A stretch of DNA of 42,919 bases, filler included, from Candidatus Desantisbacteria bacterium CG1_02_49_89 (GTDB lineage Bacteria > Desantisbacteria > UBA1551): NCBI GenBank assembly GCA_001871075.1. It is 2 parts of 2 records of this genome, joined end to end, with 100 filler letters (N's around TTAATTAATTAA, not from the genome) between each part and the next. Parts side by side here need not be neighbours in the genome. Positions count along the whole stretch, not along the records: positions 31,364 to 42,919 come from MNUP01000008.1; 1 more part is not named here. One strand, given 5' to 3'. Under the pieces are notes generated by a model. That model was not told the origin of the DNA, ran no database searches, and saw only the letters and a list, made by a program, of their open reading frames with translations. Both the position numbers and the translations under genes were made by a program. This document shows positions 36,102-42,919 of the stretch, one piece after another; position 1 is the stretch's first letter; every line of letters starts with the position of its first letter.

Positions 36102-36219
36102 TCTGCTATCTTTAACACTCGACAATTTTGCTTTATTGAGGATTAGCCAAAAGTAGGCAAAAATGGCACTAAAATGGGGTATTTGGGCTAAATTGCATAA
36201 CTCGACTTAAATCTCTACA

Positions 36220-36305
36220 GAGAATGGAAAATGGAGCAATAGACCGCTCCGATGTAACATCGGAGCTCTAATTTTTCGCGCAGCGAAAAAAATGCCGGAG
36301 GAGAG
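36220..36305 (-). repeat. Duplication of the tRNA-Leu 3' end plus downstream flank (att-like)
   Basis: Matches 36398-36482, including 13 nt of the tRNA 3' end. Confidence 0.85.
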
Positions 36306-36469
36306 CTGACTACGCTAAGGTTTACACTTCGTAGCTTTAGCGTAGTAGTGCTTCGTCAGCCATGGATTTGTTCCTTTGTGAGACCTTGCCAAAAGCCGAG
36401 AATGGAAAATGGAGCAATAGACCGCTCCGATGTTACATCGGAGCTCTAATTTTTCGCTGCGCGAAAAAT

Positions 36470-36552
36470 TGCCGGAGGAGAGATTTGAACTCTCAAGACC
36501 TTTCGGACAGTGGATTTTGAGTCCACCGCGTATACCATTCCGCCACTCCGGC
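36470..36552 (-). tRNA. tRNA-Leu(CAA), CCA not encoded
   Basis: GCCGGAG acceptor stem, TGGCGGAATGGTATACGC D arm, GTGGA-CTCAAAA-TCCAC anticodon arm, long variable arm, GAGAG-TTCAAAT-CTCTC T arm, discriminator A. Confidence 0.96.
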
Positions 36553-36684
36553 TAATAATCTATTGCTCTATTCTCTATTTTCAGCTTTTAGATCTATTTT
36601 CTATTGCTCTATTCTCATTTTATAATCTATTATTCAATTGCTCCATTTTCGGATTTTGAGTTTATTGTTCCATTCTCTATTTTC

Positions 36685-36924
36685 TTAGCTTATAGGTCGT
36701 GCGTAATGATCGACATAGCTGTCAACCAGTTCGCGGATTATTTTCTGGTATTTCGCGTGGGATTGTTTCGCTATGTTTTTCAGGGTGTCTATGTTCGCCT
36801 TTTTCAGATAAAGCGTGACCTTTACTTTCTCTCCCCTCGCCATGAGCTCTTCGGGAGGTGGAAGAAAATCCTTTATCTTGACAAGTTCCCCGATAGGCAT
36901 ATTCAGATCAATTTTTTTCTTCAT
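36685..36924 (-). CDS. CopG/BrnA-like antitoxin-type protein (no adjacent BrnT)
   Basis: DFLPPPEEL....KVKVTLYL....ID..K..A......YQKIIR.LVD.Y. Confidence 0.72.
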   Translation of the reverse strand: MKKKIDLNMPIGELVKIKDFLPPPEELMARGEKVKVTLYLKKANIDTLKNIAKQSHAKYQKIIRELVDSYVDHYARPIS

Positions 36925-36968
36925 AGTAATTCCTTTTTTCAATACCTTGTTTTAAATCTTCACCGATG

Positions 36969-37268
36969 TTAAGTCAAGGTTATAAGAACCTTCTTGCCGA
37001 GAGCGTCTGCCACTTTTTCAAGCACTGACAGCGAGTATCCGCGGTAGTCCAGGGACTCCATTCTGGAAATTGCTTCCTGAGAGGTTTTTGCCAGCTTCGC
37101 AAGCTGGGATTGCGTGAGATTTTTTTTCTTTCTTGCCCTGATAAGCTGGAGCGCTGTCGCGACAAAGGGATCGTCGTCCGCCTGCCGGGCGTATTTTCTG
37201 AATTCAGGGTTCTTAAGTTTCTTTTTCTCCCATTCCTCAAAACTCATCAGCTTTATTTTTTTCATCAT
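36969..37268 (-). CDS. XRE-family HTH antitoxin (HigA-like)
   Basis: ARKKKNLTQSQLAKLAKTSQEAISRMES...SLSVLEKVADALG. Confidence 0.88.
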   Translation of the reverse strand: MMKKIKLMSFEEWEKKKLKNPEFRKYARQADDDPFVATALQLIRARKKKNLTQSQLAKLAKTSQEAISRMESLDYRGYSLSVLEKVADALGKKVLITLT

Positions 37269-37627
37269 AGCTTATACTCTCCCCGGGCGAACCTTGTTTC
37301 AAAATCCTTTTTAATTCTCAGCGCCCTTTCTATTTCTTCTTGCGGCACCCTGTCTGTCTTTTTGGTAAAGCCATGAGTGCATATTATGTGATTTTTCATA
37401 AAAAAGAAGTGTAAAACCCTGTGCTGATTGCCGCTGGATATCGCTCTCAATTCTCTTATGCCCTGGTCCAGATAATCCACATAGGGTCTTTTAAGCTCGT
37501 AGCCCATTTCCCGCAGAAGTTTTAACAGATTACTGATTTTAACCTGCGCCTTTACCGGCAGACTATCCAGATATTCTTCAACCGGGCAGCCGCCGTCAGC
37601 AGACCTGTAGTATCTTATTTTCCACAT
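37265..37627 (-). CDS. RelE-superfamily toxin (HigB/Gp49-like)
   Basis: YY....G.CPVEEYL, P.V..L..GIRELR, RVL.FF, HGFTKKT...P..EI..A; toxin-first order. Confidence 0.88.
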   Translation of the reverse strand: MWKIRYYRSADGGCPVEEYLDSLPVKAQVKISNLLKLLREMGYELKRPYVDYLDQGIRELRAISSGNQHRVLHFFFMKNHIICTHGFTKKTDRVPQEEIERALRIKKDFETRFARGEYKL

Positions 37628-37643
37628 TCATGCTCCGTAATAT

Positions 37644-37672
37644 ATTATATATCAAAATTGATATAATGTCAA
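37644..37672 (-). promoter_or_regulatory. higBA promoter with operator palindrome in the spacer
   Basis: TTGACA-17-TATAAT; TATATCAA-AA-TTGATATA at 37648-37665. Confidence 0.78.
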
Positions 37673-37764
37673 GAAAAATATAAAAATTCAATTATTTTTT
37701 AAATAACCGGCTAAACTTTCATTATTATTATACTCTTTCCCCCGTAACATCTACCCCTACTCGG

Positions 37765-39656
37765 TTATTCGACCTTTGATATTTTCATTGAGGCAACGGC
37801 GGGGCATTCTTCAGGAACAATATTCAGGCGGAGGTCGGCGCCGTTGCACCGCCCGCTGAAAAGCGCGTCCTTTACCGTGCATTCGACGGTCTTCCACGTT
37901 TTTGAATCGGTAAGCTTGAATACCTTAGCCAGTTTCCAGGAACCGGGTCCGTTCGGTCCCTTGACCAGTTCGTCGCTTGAATCATAGACGATCTCGGCAT
38001 AACCCGCGCCTTCATCAAAATAATCAACGCTGATAGCCACGCTGGGCGCCTTGCCGTCCTTGAATTCGGGGTAATCAATATAAAAATACATATAGTATCC
38101 TTTTCGTTTTATATCTGGCTCCTTTACGCCCACCCATGCCGCCCGGCCGTCTTTCACTACCGGCACATTCTTAGAAAAATCCGCTGATTCGCCCAGGTAG
38201 ATTCCGGCCTTTTTCTGTATCCTGTCCAGTGTCACGGAAATTTCTTTCAGGCCTTCAGGCAGGGGAAAACCGTAATGCGCGTCGAAACGGGAATCCACCT
38301 TCCCGCCGGAAACGCGTGTTCCGAACAACTGGCATCCGGTGGTCTGAATGCTTCCGCCGTTCTCGATAACAAATTCCGTGTCGCCGTAATGGCTCTTGTT
38401 AAGGTACACGTTCACCAGCTCGATACGTCCGCCTTCAGCGCGGATCTGGCCATACTGGTTGAAATGCGCGAGCTCAAAGCGCAGCGTCCCGGACTGCGCC
38501 TTCACCGAGAACCTCGGCTTTCCCCACCAGAACATCGTGTTATATAAGGTAACGGCTGACTTGAATCCTTTGCCGGCCATAAAACATCCCGGTTCATCCG
38601 CGCTCTGCCCGGGCTCGTCGACGTCGCACTCGGTATTCACAAGCACAAGGCCGTTCTTTCCAACGCCATCGAACACAACGCCCATTTTCGTGTAGTCTGA
38701 GCCGTGGCCGAGTACGAATCCGCTTGCGCCGTTGCCGCCTTCGGTTATGAAGTGAAGCCCTATGCGCGAGTTAAAATTGAAATTCTCGAACTGGAGCTCG
38801 TTTTCGCAATAGCCGAAAACAAACGCTTCAAGATTTTCATTCTGGTATTTCAGCAGGGAAGCCAGGCCTGAACCGCCTTTTCCCTCTGTAAAATTCTTAT
38901 CCTGGTACGGCGCGCGGCACCAGTAATGCCCATTGAACATAGCATTGCGCACCTCGCCGTTCTTTGAGCCTTTCCCGACACTGATACCGGTCCTCAGCGG
39001 CGCCCCGGCAACATAGTCAAGATAGTGGTCATCGCAGCGGTAAGAGGAAAAGTCCGCCAGGTAATACGGGTTGAGGAATGTGGAGTTTATAACGTATATA
39101 CCGGCGCCGCGCACAAAAACTTTTTTTCCTTTGAAGCGATCTTTATGCACGCTATCTCGCATTTCGGCTTGCCGTCGTTGGGCGGGTCTATCCTGAAACC
39201 GGTCACCTTTCCCTTCCAGTACTTGCTGCCCGACATGTCTATCTTGTACTCGTGCCATGCGCCGTCACCCGAAAAACCCGCCTGGGCCTTCTTGTTCTCA
39301 TCCCACTTCTGGTCGTCCTCGGTGATGAAGAATATCGCGTCGCCCGCCCCGGTGCTCATTTTCATTTTTATTATAATATCCGTAAATCTCGAAGCGTCTA
39401 TGTCGACCGCGGGTGAAAAAATATAGGGGTCGTAGCCGTTGCATTCAAGAACAAGGGCGCCGGCGGCTATTTCCGCCTTCCCTATATTGCTCACCGGGCA
39501 ACTCACCCAGTCTTCCCCGCCTTTGGAGAAATCCCAGTTGTAAAGCACGTCTACCCCGCCCTCTTTCGTCACTTCAGCCGCAGAAATACGGTTGAAGGTT
39601 AAAGGTTGAAGGTTAAAGGTTAAAACAAGAATCAGTAATAAAGAAATTCTGCGCAT
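37765..39656 (-). pseudogene. Secreted carbohydrate-active-like protein (CBM-like + beta-helix-like + CBM-like) split across two frames
   Basis: ORF 39087-39656 has a signal peptide and a jelly-roll-like domain. A protein-like sequence continues in the -1 frame from about 39125 to 37765. The junction is GAA AAA AAG. Confidence 0.6.
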
Positions 39657-39954
39657 AAAACCCCCTTTCCTTATCAGTGGCCAGTGTCCAGTTTAAAAAT
39701 TAAAGATTGCAGATTGTAGATTGAAGGAATTTCATTTAATTAATTCCTTGTTGTTGCTCTGACACGCTGACACGCTGATGCGTTGACACGCCTTAAATCA
39801 AGGACACTGGTCGCCTCATCGGCGGGTCGCCGAAGTGGCGACAAGTGTCAAGAGTCAAGTTAAAAACAAATTCCGGACACCAGACGTTAAATTTAAAACT
39901 TTAAATAGAAATCCTTGTTGTTGATTCATAATTTATAATTCATAATTCATAATT

Positions 39955-40293
39955 TCAGTAGGTTATCTTGTCTTCGGGAAGGAACGGGCATTTGATAAAA
40001 ATATACCTTACCGGGGCGCTTGTGTCGTTAACGATATCGTGTTTTTCCTTCGCTTCCAGGCGGAACACGTCCCCCTGCTTTACCCGGTGTTCCTTATCGT
40101 TCACCAGGATCTTCGGTTCGCCCTCGAAGAAATAAAACACCTCCTCGACCTCGTTATGGCCGTGCGCCCCCATCGCCTCGCCGGGTTCAAGCCGTATTAT
40201 GCCCCATTCAAGTTTCGGTCCCCGCATCAGGTATTTCGGCCCCGACTTGTTGCCTTTCCTGTATTCTTTTTCATTTTCATTTACTTTTTCCAT
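39955..40293 (-). CDS. Cupin-domain protein
   Basis: PGEAMGAHGHNEVEEVFYFFEG and GDVFRLEAKEKHDIVN. Confidence 0.88.
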   Translation of the reverse strand: MEKVNENEKEYRKGNKSGPKYLMRGPKLEWGIIRLEPGEAMGAHGHNEVEEVFYFFEGEPKILVNDKEHRVKQGDVFRLEAKEKHDIVNDTSAPVRYIFIKCPFLPEDKITY

Positions 40294-40403
40294 CTTTTTC
40301 CCCTTGGATTTTTTAAGTGCAGTTTGCAAAGTTTATATAGTTTACAGAGTGAAAATCCGTGGAAATTCGTGTTAATTCGTGGTTACGGATATTTTTGTGA
40401 AGT

Positions 40404-42458
40404 TTATCTAACGCGCACGCTGAACCTTATCTCCCTTTCCTCTTCCGCTCCCAGCATCGCTATCTTCCACCGCAGGCCTTTCACGTCTTCCTGCCCGAAA
40501 TACGGAACGCTTCCCCAGGAATGCCACGCGCCAAGCCCGGGGTCAGAAGTATACGCCCAGGAATCCGCCGGCGGGAACGTGTCCATCCCGATGAAGGAAA
40601 CCGGGTTGTTTGAACAGGTATCGAATGCTTTCGCGTCAAGGATAACGATCTCCGTTGCTGTCTCTGTCCCGTTGTTCTTCACGGTTATGGTATATTCAAG
40701 CGCATCGCCTGCCGAGACCGGTATTGCCGCTGTGCCCGGCGTGTCAGAACCTGAATTCCTGTGGCTTTTTACAATTGAAATAACCGGCTGAACAACCGCC
40801 CAGGCCTGGGTATCGCAGAGTTCAAGGTCAGGCCGCGAAACCGTGATGACCGGAAAGCCTCCTATCCTGTCCCTGTAGTAAAAAACAGCTGTTCCTGAAA
40901 CCAGGCTTGCCGCGTCTATATTATTCCATTCAGTGCTGCTTACCGAGAAACTGCCTGCGGGTGACGCGGTAACCAGGGATACCGTCCCGCCGAAGGTACC
41001 ATCAATGCTGCCTGCCCCGTCCTGCGCTTCCACTGTGATCGCGGGCGAAGTCTCAACACAGCTGATGGAAAAAGGCAGGGATGTTATTCTTATCTGCGCC
41101 GGTCCTGTCTTTATTACCGCTAACGTAACAGTGGCGTCCGATGCTCCGGCCTGCGGTATATTGACCCTTGCCAGCACGGCTGTTTTTGTCCCGCCCGCGT
41201 ATCCGTATTCCGCTATTTTTTCACCGCCGTTCACCGCGTATCTGCCCGAAGCCAGAAGGAACCTGACGCGCCCGTCATAGAAATTCCTCTGGATCTTATT
41301 CAAGACCGTTATGGTATTCGCTGTCTGCGTGCCGTCGTCAGGCAGAGCGTGCGCCGCGGAAACCCTCGCAGCCCCCCAGTCACCCACAAGCTGGATGTTA
41401 TCAGAACCTCCGGCATGGCCTGAAAGCGGCGAGGAGCATGACCATCCGGAACCGGATTTCACGAACTCAAAAAAACCGCCGTTCGCGTAATTCTCGGCGC
41501 TCTGCGTGTAGACCGCGTAATAAGGGTTTGACTGCTTTATACCGTTGGCATGGGTATGTCCCATAAGCATCAGATCGCAGGGCTTGTCTGTATCCGGAAT
41601 AAACGCCGAAGGATTGGCATCAGTCCAGGCATGCTGGGCTATCAGCCTGTATTTTATGGAAGGATCGTTCCAGTTCGTATTGTAATCGGACGCGGCCCAT
41701 GTCTTCAGGGTTCCGTCGGTAAAATCATGCGCCAGCACGTAGAACGAGCCCATTATGAAGGAAAAACTTCGCTGGCCGAAACACGATTCCCATTTCGCGT
41801 TGACCCCGTCATCGTTATTGCCCTTTACCGTAACGCAGGGAACCCTGTATACTGTTTTCGCGGTTGTGTACCACGTAAATTTATTGTCCGTGTTCGTCCA
41901 GGCGTCGTCCACCTCGTCTCCCGTATTCAGCACAAGCCTCGGATTTATAAGATTGACAACAGGCGCAGCCCACCCTATAAGGCCCGCGCTCCTGTGTCCG
42001 TTCGCCTCAACGGCCGCGTCCTTGTCTATCTGCTCATCAGTAAGCTGTATTATGTAGAAGCTCGTTTCAAAGTCCCGGACAACGCTGACTGAATTTATCC
42101 AGCTCGCGCTTCCGCCGGCAGTGTGGGAAATATTCAACTTGAACAGCTCAGGCGGCGCGTCAGCCGGAACTCTGACCGTCAGGTTCCATCCGTTCTCCGT
42201 GCCGCGGTTTATTATGCCATAGGCAACATATGTCACGCTGCAGTTCCATGTCCTAAGGTCATTCTCCAGGGAAGCGCTCCACAAAGAAGCGGACAGGCCC
42301 GCGTCTCCCCTTATCTCAGCGATAATATCTTTGCCCGGCTCAGCGAAAGCGGGATTTGCCTGCCTGGGCGCCCATATTTCGATCGCCGCGCCCGCGCATT
42401 TTGCAGTCATTATCCCGCATATTAATACAATGATCCCTGCTTTGTTTTTACTGTTCAT
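40404..42458 (-). CDS. Secreted calcineurin-like metallophosphoesterase with C-terminal Ig/DUF11-like domains
   Basis: Signal peptide; QLTDEQ, NTGDEVD, GNND, QH, GHTH; C-terminal GDALEYTITVKNNG...A..IVILD. Confidence 0.72.
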   Translation of the reverse strand: MNSKNKAGIIVLICGIMTAKCAGAAIEIWAPRQANPAFAEPGKDIIAEIRGDAGLSASLWSASLENDLRTWNCSVTYVAYGIINRGTENGWNLTVRVPADAPPELFKLNISHTAGGSASWINSVSVVRDFETSFYIIQLTDEQIDKDAAVEANGHRSAGLIGWAAPVVNLINPRLVLNTGDEVDDAWTNTDNKFTWYTTAKTVYRVPCVTVKGNNDDGVNAKWESCFGQRSFSFIMGSFYVLAHDFTDGTLKTWAASDYNTNWNDPSIKYRLIAQHAWTDANPSAFIPDTDKPCDLMLMGHTHANGIKQSNPYYAVYTQSAENYANGGFFEFVKSGSGWSCSSPLSGHAGGSDNIQLVGDWGAARVSAAHALPDDGTQTANTITVLNKIQRNFYDGRVRFLLASGRYAVNGGEKIAEYGYAGGTKTAVLARVNIPQAGASDATVTLAVIKTGPAQIRITSLPFSISCVETSPAITVEAQDGAGSIDGTFGGTVSLVTASPAGSFSVSSTEWNNIDAASLVSGTAVFYYRDRIGGFPVITVSRPDLELCDTQAWAVVQPVISIVKSHRNSGSDTPGTAAIPVSAGDALEYTITVKNNGTETATEIVILDAKAFDTCSNNPVSFIGMDTFPPADSWAYTSDPGLGAWHSWGSVPYFGQEDVKGLRWKIAMLGAEEEREIRFSVRVR

Positions 42459-42543
42459 TTTTTAAGGTTTCCGGGAAGGAGTCCGTCATATTTATCCGTC
42501 TACATCCGTTCTTTTGATCCGTCTGAATCTGCGCCCAACTTTT

Positions 42544-42571
42544 ATTATACTACTTAAAGATAAAAAGTCAA
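42544..42571 (-). promoter_or_regulatory. sigma70-type promoter
   Basis: TTGACT, 16 bp, TATAAT upstream of the phosphoesterase. Confidence 0.55.
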
Positions 42572-42587
42572 GCAATTTAATAAAGTA

Positions 42588-42919
42588 TGTTCCGCAACAT
42601 TCAAAAGTATACTTTTGGGAACCTTAAAAGTATACTTTCTCATAAATGATATTCCCCGATTTTCTGCTCATCTTTTAACACAATAATCTTTTTGTTGGGG
42701 ATAAGACACACGGTTACTTCTTGCTCCGGAAATCGACCTACCTTCCAGATTCTGCCTTCGAGAGTACCCACCCCCCTCACCCTACCCCTCTCCCTCGAGG
42801 GGAGAGGATAAAGGAGAGGGTGATTATTACCTGATTTTTAAACCAGCCAGCCTAAATAATTTTCCCCCAGATATATTCACTTTTAATTGTTCCCTATGTC
42901 CGCTTTTGATTATTTCCGC
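42588..42919. mobile_element. MITE copy 3 (runs to the window end)
   Basis: Begins TGTTCCGCAACATTCAAAAG as copy 1 does and is colinear with it. Confidence 0.75.

Noticed and set aside
39802-39849. Hairpin GACACT.GTCGCC..TCGGCG/CGCCGA..GGCGAC.AGTGTC as a riboswitch or ncRNA
   Set aside because: It lies among periodic repeat tracts with no recognisable aptamer consensus; more likely another palindromic repeat or a terminator-like element.

Overview
Bacterial DNA from a probable diderm (it encodes a barrel-OmpA protein). The window is two contigs joined by an artificial N44-TTAATTAATTAA-N44 linker (31264-31363), so adjacency across the linker is not evidence. Contig 1 carries vapBC inside a structured repeat array, dinG, a DD-carboxypeptidase, DUF47/pit, a barrel-OmpA gene, a cation-riboswitch-controlled block, a stand-alone GMP synthase ATPPase subunit, purC, mnmG, mtrB with a full trp operon (D-B1-A-C-E-G-F-B2), an LD-transpeptidase/AbiE block between duplicated terminators, and the 3' end of smc. 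Contig 2 is an accessory region with a papain-like protease, several TA genes, a truncated yhcG, tRNA-Leu(CAA) with a duplicated 3' end, and secreted-enzyme genes. Three observations stand out. (1) A complete TRAP-type attenuator (NAG array, antiterminator, terminator) lies directly after mtrB, so the regulator gene itself forms the trp leader; the site is CAG/AAG-rich and the TRAP has substitutions at RNA-contact positions. (2) Two covarying copies of an nhaA-I/Na+-type riboswitch head an uncharacterised set of genes: opine dehydrogenase, fused B12-dependent protein, CBS protein, cation antiporter, a Cys4 mini-protein and an AsnB-like ligase with Ser in place of the catalytic Cys. This is a candidate salt-induced small-molecule pathway. 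(3) 7-9-nt periodic repeats and small palindromes are widespread and are inserted in frame into trpG, mnmG and signal peptides. All family assignments come from motif recognition by eye; no database searches were run.
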